A stretch of 61,321 nt of DNA, the filler included, from Squatina squatina (lineage: Eukaryota): the NCBI GenBank assembly GCA_031763465.1. It is 4 parts of 3 records of this genome, joined end to end, with 100 filler letters (N's around TTAATTAATTAA, not from the genome) between each part and the next. Parts side by side here need not be neighbours in the genome. Positions count along the whole stretch, not along the records: positions 1 to 20,035 come from JARFOE010000230.1; 3 more parts are not named here. The stretch is one strand, 5' to 3'. The notes beneath the pieces were generated by a model that was given only the letters and a program-made list of their open reading frames with translations, ran no database searches and had not been told where the DNA came from. The number at the start of each line of letters is the position of its first letter. The stretch's first letter is position 1. This document shows, piece after piece, positions 1 through 12,692 of the stretch. Position numbers and translations under genes: made by a program.

Positions 1-325
1 AAGCACGGCTGAAGGTGACAGGAAAAGCAGCAACGTGATTTCTTTGCGGGGAGTGCCAGAGCCGGACGCAGAGGGGTAGATGACCAAAATAATCCGAGGG
101 TTCATTCGTGGTAATTTGCCTCTTTCTTTGAGGGAAGTGTGAATCTAATATCAAACGGACTGACAGAATGCCTCCACCCTCCCTGTTTTTCCTCAGTAAC
201 ACAGTTCCAGGAAAGGGTTTGGAGTGGCTGTGAATCGGTTGCTCGCTTAACCGGGACGCTGTCAGGGCAACGTCTGACAGCTCTGCGCTTTAGAAGATGA
301 ATATTTCTGGGGAGGCGAGGGAGCT

Positions 326-352
326 GTGTGTGTGTGTATGTGTGTGTGTGTG
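326..352. repeat. (TG)n microsatellite
   Basis: tgtgtgtgtgtgtatgtgtgtgtgtgtg run. Confidence 0.9.
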
Positions 353-894
353 ACGAAGGCAAGGCACTCAGGGGACGTGGGCCTAATCGTTCTTATCCAA
401 CTTCTATAATTACACCACAAAAAATGCGCTTCTAGTTTCAAAGCTGCAAACAACAGGCAGGCTGAAGAGGAAGGGAAAATAAAAAGCACCAGTTTTATAG
501 AAACCTCAGATTCTACAAGCATGGAAATTGAATACTACAGTGGTGTCTCATTACTGCAAGAGAGAGACAGAGAGAGGGAAAAAAATAATGTGTGCACATT
601 ACTCACACGAGATGAAGAAGTCTCGGTTGTGGGCCACAATTTACTTATTTACAAAAACATATGCTTTTTGTTTTGTGTTCATGAATGGGAAGCTCAGTCA
701 AGCCTAACTACCAACCATTGTGAATACCTATCAATTCACAATAGTGACTATTCATCCTGACGCAGAATGCAGCGATCCGAACATCTTCTGTTGANNNNNN
801 NNNNNNNNNNNNNNNNNNNNNNNNNNNNNNNNNNNNNNNNNNNNNNNNNNNNNNNNNNNNNNNNNNNNNNNNNNNNNNNNNNNNNNNNNNNNNN

Positions 895-1010
895 CACATG
901 TGCTCCCTCGCACACGCACTCCCTCACACACGTGCTCGCACTCCCTCACATGCACACTCTCTCACATGCACACACTCCCTCACACATGCACTCCCTCACA
1001 CACGCACATT
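895..1010. repeat. CA-rich low-complexity repeat
   Basis: Reiterated cacac(a/g)cactccctca units; explains the His/Thr-rich spurious ORFs. Confidence 0.8.
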
Positions 1011-1688
1011 ACAGTTACAGGACAAAAATATTAATCAGTGAAATGAAATCATGCACTTTATTTTTACTTCTTGAGAGATGGGAATGTAGCGTATGTAATA
1101 AAAGCCAAGAAAAATAAAATCTGTCGAGTTTAATCTGAATGTTCGTGTGTTTCGCTCGCTCCCTCTTATAGAGATTCCTAAGTGACTCCTATTCAGCACT
1201 CGCAGGGAGAGCTGTCAGACAGCCAGGCAGAGAGGAAAGCCAAGGGTTCTACACCCTGTCAGAGAGGGAGGTCCCTGTACTGTCTGCAAATGAGACCCAG
1301 ACACTGCAACTTGGAACCAGTTCATATCCACATGCTAAAGGAAATCCTCGCATGAAACGCACATCAGGTCATAGCCACCATGCTGTCACTTGAGCTTTAA
1401 TGTTACAGCTTTGGTTGATCAGCATCCTGTGCATGGATCGTGATCCAATAACTGCAAGGCACTCGTTTCTTTTTCCCTCTCCTGAACGCGCCGATTCTGA
1501 TGGGAATCCAGCTCCACACTCAAGTGACTTTCCCCTGGGCTACAATGAATGTCGACAGCCTATTGGACCACAGGGGCATCGCAGCCAAACCGAGTTCTGC
1601 CCTCTCCCACCTTTCACGCACGTGCGTTCCCTGGCACAGGATAGCGATCAGGAAGATTTGCAATCAGGACTGTGACGTTATGTGATTA

Positions 1689-2060
1689 GGACTTGACCAC
1701 ATAATCTCGACTGACACTTCAGTGTAGTACTGAGGGAGTGCTGCAATGGCAGAGATACCGTTTATCGGACGAGACATTGAACTACGGTGCCATTTGTCTG
1801 TTCAGGTCAACATAAAAGATCCCATGGCACTGTTTCAAGAGGAGCAGGGAAATTTTCAAAGTATCCAGACTAACCACCACCACCAAAAGCAAATCATCGG
1901 GCCATTCAATTTAATTGCTATGTGTGGGATTTCCTGTGTACAAACTGCCCACTGCATTTGCCTACATAACACCAGTAGCCGCATTTCAAAATTGCAGCAC
2001 TTTTGTCCATTCCTCAGGCTGTGGAAAGTACCATACAACTGTAAGTTCTTTCCTTCTTAC
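1689..2060 (+). mobile_element. Deu-domain SINE (SacSINE1/AmnSINE1-like), diverged
   Basis: ctgagggagtgctgca...aaaagatcccatggcactgtttcaagaggagcaggg core shared with the copies at 5083, 17411 and 25355. Confidence 0.75.
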
Positions 2061-2093
2061 AAGCATTTCAAAATAACCCGTTGCCTCCCATCA

Positions 2094-2253
2094 GCTGTGG
2101 CTCAGTGGTAGCACTCTTCCATTCAGACAGGTGGTGGGTTCAAGTCCCACACCAGAGACTTGAGCACAAAGATCTAAGCTGGCACTCCAGTGCGGTGCTG
2201 AGGGGGTGCTGCACTGTCAGAGGTGCTGTCTTTCGGATGAGATGTTAAACCAA
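2094..2253 (+). mobile_element. Deu-domain SINE 5' part with tRNA-derived head
   Basis: A box tggctcagtggt and B box gggttcaagtccc, then Deu core gctgcactgtcagaggtgctgtctttcggatgagatgttaaacc; truncated by a gap. Confidence 0.8.
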
Positions 2254-3274
2254 NNNNNNNNNNNNNNNNNNNNNNNNNNNNNNNNNNNNNNNNNNNNNNN
2301 NNNNNNNNNNNNNNNNNNNNNNNNNNNNNNNNNNNNNNNNNNNNNNNNNNNNNGGCTGTAGTTTAGCACGGAGACATTTTGCAACTTCTGAATTGACAGG
2401 CAATGTGGCAGGTACCGTCTACGTTCTTTGGCAAGCATAAAGTGATAGGGGTTGACTGTTAGATCTCATCTGTGCTCACTCAATGGAGTAAAAGCAGCAC
2501 GTTTCAGTTTGTAACAGACACATAATCCGCTTATGGAAACTGTTATCAAGCCACTAGTGGTTTTGGAGAAAGGCTGAACAATAAAGTTCCCCCACCGATT
2601 TTGGATTTTCAAAAGGTATTTGATAAAGCTCTTCATATGGAGGCTTATGAAGAAGGCTAGGGCTCCTGGAATTAATCATGAATTGGCTAATTGGTTTGAA
2701 AACTGGCTTAGCAATAGAAAGCAGAAAATGCTCAGGGACAGAGACTATTGGAGTTCCATAGGTGTCTGTTCTGAGGTCTGTATGCAAATGTTGGGTTATA
2801 TGTTTTTCACAGGAAGTATTATATCTGTCTCGCTGAAGTTCTGCAAAGTCAGAAAGACCAATGAATGTTATAGAAGCCTCTTAAAATCTATCTAAACTTT
2901 TATACAATTTATTGAGCTCTCCTGACTTTGTGAATGCCAAGTACTTGGGGGGAAATGCCCCCTCCCATGAAATATGGAGCAGAATATTTTGGGATATTCT
3001 AATTCACAGCAAACAAAAAGGCAGATGAGCAAAATGGAGACTGGCAACATTAAAAGGATTCCAGCCCAATTAAGAGGACGGGCTTGCAAATTTTACCTTG
3101 GAGATAAATGTAATGTCTAAAACATGATGAAACAGGACAAATAATGAAAAATGTCAGTTACCAGCAGTAGAAAAAAGATTTGAATGTGATTATTGATCAC
3201 TCACTGAATACTACAGTCAGTCAACGTGAAGCTGTTCTCAACAAGGCAACCCAAAAGCACTGACCAACAACAAA

Positions 3275-3357
3275 ACCAAAATACTGCAGATGCTGGGAAT
3301 CTGAACTAAAAACAGAAAACGCTGCAAATACTCAGCAGGTCAGGTAGCATCTGTGGA
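3275..3357. mobile_element. Penelope-associated terminal repeat fragment
   Basis: aatactgcagatgctgg...aaatactcagcaggtcaggtagcatctgtgga; the same motif abuts the Penelope ORF remnant at 43640. Confidence 0.6.
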
Positions 3358-5082
3358 NNNNNNNNNNNNNNNNNNNNNNNNNNNNNNNNNNNNNNNNNNN
3401 NNNNNNNNNNNNNNNNNNNNNNNNNNNNNNNNNNNNNNNNNNNNNNNNNNNNNNNNNAAGGTCATTGGTTAAAGTAGGAGCTATGCTGGCATTCCAGATT
3501 AGATTGGGTCGGTGGATGAAGGAACAGTGAACAAGAAGGGTAGATGCGATTAGAACTATTGGCTCGTGTGGAGGGTAAAGGCTGACGTGGACTGGTTGAG
3601 CTGGACGGCCTCTTACTGAGTTGCTTTCTATGTATTTATGTACACTTGAGTAAGAGGCTGCATTGTTGTCCTACTGTTAAACTAAGGTCTGTCTGTTCAG
3701 TCGGATGTTAAAGATGCCACGGCACCAATCAAATCAGATAAGGAGCTTTCACGATATCCTGGCCAACATTCTTCTCTCTTGCACTACCACCAAAAAAGGA
3801 TTAATCAGCTATTCATTGCACTGCTATTTGTCTGACCACGTGGTGTGTAAAAATGGCTCCCACATGTGCTTACAGAACAAATTTCACTGCACACCAAAGT
3901 AATTTGTTGGAGGTAAATTATTGTGGGATGTTTCTGAAAGATGCAATACGTGCTACATCATCCAAGCTTTTCTATTTCAATTTGCTGATTATGTGGCACC
4001 TACCATACATAGAAAGAAGGGAAGACTGGAATTCCAGGAGAATATAAATTGGCATCCTTCTTCTGGTGCTTGGAGGGATCACAGATGCACTTAAGTTCAT
4101 GAATAAAACGGAGATTAATAATGAAATGGTCATTAATTAAACAGCAGTATTTGAATATTCATAACGAAACAGGAGCAGATATAATAAATCAAGAATACTT
4201 TGAGAAATGAGACTTAGAAGTCAGGGAGCAGAGGTTGAAATGTTGCCATTCATTAAATAAAAAATATGAGACTGGAAAATCGTCAGTATTCAAATTTATA
4301 AAATAAAGGTAAAGAGGAGGATCATNNNNNNNNNNNNNNNNNNNNNNNNNNNNNNNNNNNNNNNNNNNNNNNNNNNNNNNNNNNNNNNNNNNNNNNNNNN
4401 NNNNNNNNNNNNNNNNNNNNNNNNNTCATTTTATGCGAAACGTGAGGCAATTCTGAGATGGGATGAGGTGCCACATAAGTGCAAGAATCCTTCTGTATAG
4501 CAACAAGAATAAATTCAACTCAAGAAGAGAAATGCTTAGAGGCTGCATGCAACTCTCAATAGATTAGAAGTGTTTGGAATAAAGAAATGTTTTCTATTCG
4601 TCTGTGTTGAATAGAATGCAACATTAACCTTAAGCTGTCCTGATAGTATGAGGTTGGATAGGAACATCACTATAGAGATAGAGATACACATACCAGAGCC
4701 ACATTCATATTGACCATGAACTAACCTTGGTAAACAAGTCCAGGAACAGCTTAGCAACAGCCTTTGAGTTGATTGTGTGAATGGTGTGTTTGAATTACTA
4801 AGATTTACAGATTGTAATGATGACCACAGTTTGGGCCCAAGTTTTCAAAACGTACCTCCTACGTAGTTTCATGTGATCATTTTTACGATTGTTTTATCTA
4901 CATCCTCTGGATAAAAAGGCTCAATTATCTCAGGATGTTGGGTAATTTAATTGTGGTGCGAGTGTGACTTAAAGGTGAATGTGTGTTGGCCAACATTCCC
5001 CAGAGAGCTCGCTCTTCATGTTATAAGATTCAAAATTCGCTTCCTCCCTCATACTTTTTCAATGATGATGATATAATTGGAT

Positions 5083-5490
5083 GTTAGCCTTGTCTCAGTG
5101 AGCAGCACTGGAGTCAGAAGGATTGTGGGTTCAAACCCCAGCCCAACCGACATTCCAGTGGCGTACTGAGGGAGTGCTGCACTGTCGGAGGTGCCGACTT
5201 TCAGATGATTCCTGCATTTATGTCTGCTCTCTCGGATGGATGAAAAAGATCCCACGGCACTATTTCGAAGAAGAGCAGGGGAATTCTTCCTGGTCCTCCT
5301 GGCCAATATTTATTCCTCAACCATCACCTAAAAAACAGGTAATTTGGTCGTTTATGCTGTTGCTGTTTGCGAGACCTTGCTGTACGCAAATTGACTGCCG
5401 CGTTTCATACATCCCGACAGCGGGTACACTCCAAAAGTTGGGACGTTCTGAGGTCGTGAAAGGTGCTCTATAAATGCAAGTCTTTATTTA
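5083..5490 (+). mobile_element. Near full-length Deu-domain SINE
   Basis: B box gggttcaaaccc, Deu core, and 3' tail gaggtcgtgaaaggtgctctataaatgcaagtcttt. Confidence 0.85.
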
Positions 5491-6489
5491 TTTATTTCCT
5501 CCTTTTCAAAGAATATCAATGAGATTCTTAAAAGGGAATCAAATTTTAGTCAGCTGGTTAAGTAAATGTAGCNNNNNNNNNNNNNNNNNNNNNNNNNNNN
5601 NNNNNNNNNNNNNNNNNNNNNNNNNNNNNNNNNNNNNNNNNNNNNNNNNNNNNNNNNNNNNNNNNNNNNNNNTTTCACAGAATGTTAGACACAGCACAAA
5701 GTCAAGCAGGCAATAAATCCATCAGTTTTTATTGAAGGCTGTTTGGGAAGCCCTTTCCCTTCTCCTCCCTCCCGCAACCTCCAAAGATTTTGCTGACAAC
5801 TCAAACTTGTCAGACAATAACACACTAACGCATGCATGAGCAGTGAAGAGACGGCAAAACTTAAGGGAACAAGGGAAAAGTCAGATTCTGACACATTAGA
5901 TTACGGAGGATGAGAAAAAGGAAGACAGCTGATTTTGTCACATCCCTTGATGGGATTTTTTGTTTCTCTTGCTATGATGAGGAATGAATAAATTCATGAG
6001 CGAGAAGTCCCCTTCATCGTGCACTTTGAGCCTTCCCCATTTATTGGGCTGTGTTCAGCTTCCGCAGGCAAACCTCAAATAAATATCGTCTCGGCGTAAA
6101 GAAAGCAGCAAGGCTTGCATTTGAAAGCAGAACATTCAGGGCGAGTATTCAGTGGGCTGATTTCCAGAGACTTGTAGACCAAAGAATTCAAGTGTCTGAC
6201 AAAGTGTTCTTCTTGCATATATTCCCATGCACTTATCAAACCGTATTAGCTACATGGTTTTGATATTAATGTACCATTAAAGGATCATTTATTTCAACTT
6301 CCACATTGCTTGAGATGATGATGCCAAAGCTGAGAACTGGAACTTGAGTCAATTGCTAGATATGGTTGTTGAAGCAGAAGGCAGGTTTAGCAATGATAGG
6401 TTTACCCACTGGGTCCTATTATTTGGAAGACTGGCCACATTTTTGCTGATAGGAGTTGACGACCAATTACTGAATAGATATCGGAAAAG

Positions 6490-6673
6490 AAAGAAAATCT
6501 GCATTTAGAAATTGTCTTTCATGATGTCAGGACGTCCCAAAGCACTTTATAATTTATGAGGTAATTGTGAAGTGTAATCACTGTTAAGAACATAAGAAAT
6601 AGGAGCAGGAGCAGGCCGTTCGGTCCCTCGAGCCTGCTCCGCCATTCAATGAGATCATGGCTGATCTGATTCT
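6490..6673 (-). mobile_element. Deu SINE 3' end abutting a CR1 3' end
   Basis: Reverse complement of the SINE tail (6490-6585) and of the CR1 3'UTR gctcgagggaccgaacggcctgctcctgctcctatttcttatgttctt (6585-6673). Confidence 0.7.
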
Positions 6674-8533
6674 NNNNNNNNNNNNNNNNNNNNNNNNNNN
6701 NNNNNNNNNNNNNNNNNNNNNNNNNNNNNNNNNNNNNNNNNNNNNNNNNNNNNNNNNNNNNNNNNNNNNNNNNAGTTACTTTGCAGGTGTGATTTTTGTG
6801 TAACAAATTGTCAGAATTCTTCTGAAAGCCACAATATGTTTGCAATTTTGTTATATCGGCTAAAAGTTGGTTTGCAATGTAGTATGTATATTTGAGACGT
6901 AAAGCTATCTATAAAATTACATGATTTGATTCTAGTGCACATCTTGGATGTGATAAAATCTGTAGCATGCAAAACATGTTGATTCGGTAAAATATCCCAT
7001 TGACCAAAATCAGCTGAATCAAAGCCACTTTTTTTTTTAAACTCTCTTTATAAACAGCAAGAGCACAGCTGCTCCAGAAAAGAGCTGATAACTCACTTGT
7101 CAACGTATTCCCATAAGGCGCAATAGGGTTAGCAACAAGCCAATACAGTTCTGTGCTCCCTACTGCTGACTTCTTCATGTGTTCTGCGGCCCCTTTTGTC
7201 AACTCTCTAAAGAAAGGCTGCTAGTAGCACGACTATGGGCAACGCAAACACACAGAGAGAGCGAAAATAAAAAACACCCTTGACAAAAATTGACCATAAC
7301 CACATTTACCACATTACAGGCCCGTTCTACATTATCTGGTTATTATCACATTGCTGTTGGTGGGATCTTGCTGTNNNNNNNNNNNNNNNNNNNNNNNNNN
7401 NNNNNNNNNNNNNNNNNNNNNNNNNNNNNNNNNNNNNNNNNNNNNNNNNNNNNNNNNNNNNNNNNNNNNNNNNNCTACATAAATGCAAGTCTCTCTTTCT
7501 TTCTCCTGCCATCTCTAGCCTCACCTCAAGGAGCTCATGGCCTTCTTTGTCACCAAGGTTGAGACCATCTGTCCAGCTCCCTCTACTGCTTCCCCCTTTC
7601 CTGCCAAGCCAAATCTCCCTCAGGCTAATTTAGCAGTGGTGCTAACTCTCTGTCAATAAATGGGTTAATGCCCCCCACGAAAATAGTAGCAAGATGGATT
7701 TCAGATGAGCCTGTTAAGCATTCACCTACTTGTATCCCAGTTCAAAATATCTTGAGTCGGAGATACTAAATTGACTTCAACTCAGTGAGACCCACCAAGG
7801 TATCAGGAACATTTGCGGGAAATGTTGATGCAATTCTGGCTTACATAAACGTGAAATCTTGTGCAATACATGGGTCTCTGAGTCACCGCGGTTGTGTTAG
7901 CAATTGGCCTGAGCGACTGAATGTTGTGCAGTTGTCCTGTATCTAATCCAGCAATCTGATTCTGTACATAGTAACATTCCATTACAGCACTAGCAAAGCA
8001 GTCCCTGACTCTACCACTGCTTGATTAAGTTCCTCAAACTGTTCCTGAATCTCCCTACAATTAACCCACAACAGCAGCTAATCAGGGAATGCTCGTTTCA
8101 AGTGCTCGTTGATTGCCATTTACTGGAACACTATAATTTGCACAACAGGTATTGAAACTAAGTGCAGATGATGCCATGCGCCGTGTCTGGATGTAGATTT
8201 ATATTGGGTGTTCGTCTGCTATTTCCTGCAGTCCTGTGAACAGCAACTTACAACCCAATATTCTTTCCTGCTAATCAAGCTGCCGCCAGTTAATGTTGCA
8301 ACTCAATGTTATTGCTGTTGAGAAAAGTTTATTTAACTTCGGTTAGAATGGGTTGCAAGTACCTGAATTATGTTCCAGTGGAGTCTTTTCACCGGTGTCT
8401 GTAGTGTAGTGATAATGGGACATGACTTTTTTTNNNNNNNNNNNNNNNNNNNNNNNNNNNNNNNNNNNNNNNNNNNNNNNNNNNNNNNNNNNNNNNNNNN
8501 NNNNNNNNNNNNNNNNNNNNNNNNNNNNNNNNN

Positions 8534-8660
8534 TCCTTCACCACACGGACTGCAGCGGTTCAAGAAGGCAGCTCATCACCACCTTCTCAAGGGCAACTCG
8601 GGATGGGCAATAAATGCTGCCCTTGCCAGCGACGCCCATATTCCAAGAATGAATTAATAA
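8534..8660 (+). mobile_element. LINE 3' end (clade uncertain)
   Basis: GLQRFKKAAHHHLLKG-type terminus; a second copy lies in reverse at 23165-23290 and an internal piece at 22465-22590. Confidence 0.65.
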
Positions 8661-9512
8661 AAAAATGTGTAGCTCTTGTCCTGATTTTATCTTTATGTCG
8701 ATGTGTGCATTACTGTCCTGAATATGGAGAGGGGAGGGGAACAAGATTATTCTTTTTAGCAAAGAATACTGTAGAATTTAAGAAAAAAACAAGAAATGTA
8801 GGCTTCTCACTTCTAGGCAATGCCTTGCTGGGAAATAAACATACAAATGACTTCAAGTGGCAGCAGTAATCAGCACATTACTGGGTCAGGGCTGTTTAAG
8901 AATCTCTAATCTTTACGTATGTATAATGGATACCAGATTGCAGCCCTCACACCTCCCTTGATCTTATTGCTAAATCTACAGTTACATTTGACATTTTGTG
9001 AAAGCTTTTGATGAACTTGACCTTTGATTTATAATCTTTACCATATGAGTGGTTGGTTATTCATGAGTTTATTTTCCCTGCTCAGTTGCAATTTTCATTA
9101 AGCGTTGTTTACATCATATGGCGCCGAATGCCAAAGCACCAAGCAGACATCTGTGTCACGGAAATTCCAAGTGTGTCGGCAATCTTCCACCACAGCACCA
9201 GATACTTGCAGAGTAAAATCAGAAACTGATACACCGACCACTCACCTCCTGCCTGGGAGTTTACTTCATCTGCAGAGAAATGTTTATGTGAGACGTGCCC
9301 TAAAAATGTCCTTTTGGCGACGTGAAAAAAAATAGATACCAGCTCCTCCATCACCAATACTGAATTTGCACCATTTTCTGTTACAATTTGCCCATTTTAA
9401 TACCCATTTACAGTAATTGGCACCAGTCAAGAATGCTCAGGAGTGAATGATCAGCTTTTGTCCATTGTACATCAATAGGAGTTGGCATGGAGATGCGCAT
9501 ACATACAAACAC

Positions 9513-9831
9513 AAACCCTCCCGAGAACTCTGCATTCCTCCAATTCTGACCTCTTGTGCACCCCACACTTCCTTCGCCCCACCATTGGCAGCTATGCCTT
9601 CAGCCGTCTAGGCCCCAAGTGCTGGAATTCACTCCCTACACCTCTGCCCCTCTCCACCTCTCTCTTCTCCTTTAAGACGCTGCTTAAAACAAACCCCTTC
9701 GACCGAGCATTTGCTCACCTGTCCTAATGTCTCCTTCTTTGACTTGGTGTCAATTTTTGTATTATTACACTCCTGTGAAGTTCCTTGGGACATTTTATTA
9801 TGTTAAAGGTGCTATAGAAAGGCACGTTGTT
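9513..9831 (+). mobile_element. L2-like LINE 3' end
   Basis: Translates RTLHSSNSDLL...RPTIGSYAFSRLGPKCWNSLP...FKTLLKT, typical of an L2 ORF2 C-terminus; paralogous to 14890, 15515 and 32825. Confidence 0.8.
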
Positions 9832-12470
9832 NNNNNNNNNNNNNNNNNNNNNNNNNNNNNNNNNNNNNNNNNNNNNNNNNNNNNNNNNNNNNNNNNNNNN
9901 NNNNNNNNNNNNNNNNNNNNNNNNNNNNNNNTGTACATACAATTTAATAACTCCTTCATCACTTTTGCGATTTTACTCAATCTGGTCCCTGCAATTTTAG
10001 GGATATTTCTAATTTTACTGCTGTTTATATATTTCTGTCCTCTGGTATCCTTTCTGCTATTTTCTGGTTCCCCTCCCTCTGGTTAGGGTTTTAACATTCC
10101 CAGATGCCTGAGCAGTTTTATTATTATAATATTGGTGTTTGTTTCAGTGTCACAATGAACTGTATCAGTTATTTGGCAGGTCTGCAGAGGATAATATGAA
10201 TATAATTTTTATGACAATCTATTCTTCCTGACGTAAAACCCTCCCTAGGGTGCACAATTGTAGTTCCTTTATTACTGCCAGTCCATTGTCCCAGTCTATT
10301 CTTCATAGTCTTTTCTTCTGCAGGATTTGGTTGATCCTACCAATGTCAGTGCTAACAGACTCAGGCATGCTGCTGACAACCGATAAAGCTCTAAGGAGAG
10401 CTCTACTTTACTTGGCTTTGTAGCATGGATACAAGCCCATGCACATTTTCAGAATTTTTCCCGTCAGTTGTTGTAAAAGCAGACTCTAATCTGGTTCCAA
10501 AGGTACGGGAGGTTTGAAAATACACGGCAGTTAACGCATCCCATGGCTCAGATGGCAAATGCAACCACCTGGTGCAGCCATACACAGAATGTACAGCACA
10601 GAAACAGGCCATTGGGCCCAAGCAGCCCATGCCGGCAGCAGACCAGGCCAGTCCCAGCTTCAATCTCTAATCTGTGCGAAGTTGGCTGGTTATGTCCCAT
10701 GTGTTGGTTACAGTGCTTTAATTGGCTTTAACCACTTTGGGCTTGGATTGGGCAGGGGGGGGAACAACATTTTACAGGTAAGAAGCACTTCTGACAGGCC
10801 CCTTCTGTAGAGAATGGGGAAAACCGTTTTGCTCAGTGGTAGCCTCGTTTCCTGCCAACATACCCCACAAGCCCAATATATAAATCTTGAGCCAAGCTCT
10901 CATCTCTGGCCTCTGGGTTGCTTACACAGTCCCCTGCTTTCGTCGAGTGCTGCTTATGGAGCATCCAGGTACTGGGCTCCGAAGGTGCACTGGATTCCAG
11001 TATATATGGAGCCCCACAGACATTACAACGCTGGCCCCATTCCCCGCACCTCCCACAGTTTATATAACATTACTAAAACCAGCTCCTTTATTCCAATGGC
11101 AGGATCACAAACCCACATGTTCATGGGTCCGTGATGGCATCAGGAACAAGGAGCCATGCTTGTTTCACCATCGACTATGGCTGAACTCAACACCTTAGTT
11201 TCAGAAAGGGGCTCACAGCACACTTTCCATGACAGTAATGGCTCATGAAATAAATATGGAACCAACTAATCATCCAGTTACCCATCCAGAAAAAACCAGG
11301 TGAAGATAAATGGCCGCAGGTTACGGTGGAGAATAATGACTAGCAGAGTTTGCATGTGACTGTACTTGTTCCTGTGCTATTTTAGTACCTTTATGAATAA
11401 TCTAGAAGCCATCAACATTAATATTTACAAATTTTACACCAATTGCATTCAGTGGAGCTAAGTCCATTAATACTCAAAAGAGACTCAGTACTTGGAGCAA
11501 AGACAGGTACTTTTACAACATCAAGAGGGTCACGGGTNNNNNNNNNNNNNNNNNNNNNNNNNNNNNNNNNNNNNNNNNNNNNNNNNNNNNNNNNNNNNNN
11601 NNNNNNNNNNNNNNNNNNNNNNNNNNNNNNNNNNNNNTGGGTCTGGGAAATTCATGCATGTCAGTGAAAAACAATTGGAACAACTCCCTGGCAACGTAAT
11701 GTAGTGAAAACCTACTGCGTCAGCAAAGCCCTGCTGTAAGCACATCTTTACTGTGTCCCAGTGTGCTTTCTGATTGATTCAGTGGTCGTGTTATTGTTCC
11801 AGTTATATGTCCGACCTATTGCATCTGATTGTACTCTATATAAACATCTGATAAAGGAGAGCTACTATTGCAAATTGGAAGCACTGGATACAGTCCGTTC
11901 CTGGAACAGCTTCTTAGTACATCTCTTACATTCGTTCACAAAGTAATTTGCCTTCAGTGGCAATGAGACCACTAATGACAATTGGTTCTGGTAAAAAGAC
12001 ACCACTTTCCCTGACCAGTTTGCTTGGAAACGAACATGCCACAATGATATTCTCTCCAGCAGCTTAAAGGTAAAAATTTAAGAGGACCCATTCGGATCCA
12101 CTCCTGCTGCAGACTGGAAATTGGGTGGCCTGACCTCAGCCTCTGATGCTGCCCAAACGGCTATTTTTTTTAATTATTGTTTGCCTAAGCTGCGAGTGTT
12201 GGCAATTTAACAATAGGGAGCATCACAGCCAAGCCCGATCCTGTTCTCAGTTTAATAGTTTAATCATGAGCTTAAAAGAAAGGAGTGCAGTTTTTACCCA
12301 ACAAGCATGACCAAGAACTGGAAGTTCAGTACTATAAGATGGACCCAATTAGAGCATTGGGCAGCTCGTGNNNNNNNNNNNNNNNNNNNNNNNNNNNNNN
12401 NNNNNNNNNNNNNNNNNNNNNNNNNNNNNNNNNNNNNNNNNNNNNNNNNNNNNNNNNNNNNNNNNNNNNN

Positions 12471-12692
12471 TTGGAATTCTTTACCCCAGAGAGCTGTGGG
12501 GGCTGAGTCATTGAATATATTCAAGGCTGAGATAGACAGATTTTTGAGCAGCAAGGGAGTCAAAGGTAATGGTGAACAGGTAGGAAAGTGGAGTTGAGGC
12601 CAGAATCAGATCTGCCATGATCTCATTGAATGGCAGAGCAGGCTCGAGGGGCCGAATGGCCTACTCTGGTTCCTAGTTCTTATGTTCTTATG
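12471..12692 (+). mobile_element. CR1 LINE 3' end
   Basis: WNSLPQRAVGAESLNIFKAEIDRFL ORF2 terminus, then 3'UTR and ttcttatg tail repeats. Confidence 0.85.

Noticed and set aside
2094-2160. tRNA gene
   Set aside because: The A and B boxes run straight into the Deu SINE body and no full cloverleaf is evident.
10403-10663. 86-aa minus-strand ORF as an exon
   Set aside because: Weak acceptor, no recognisable homology, and the 5' part is a LINE tail.
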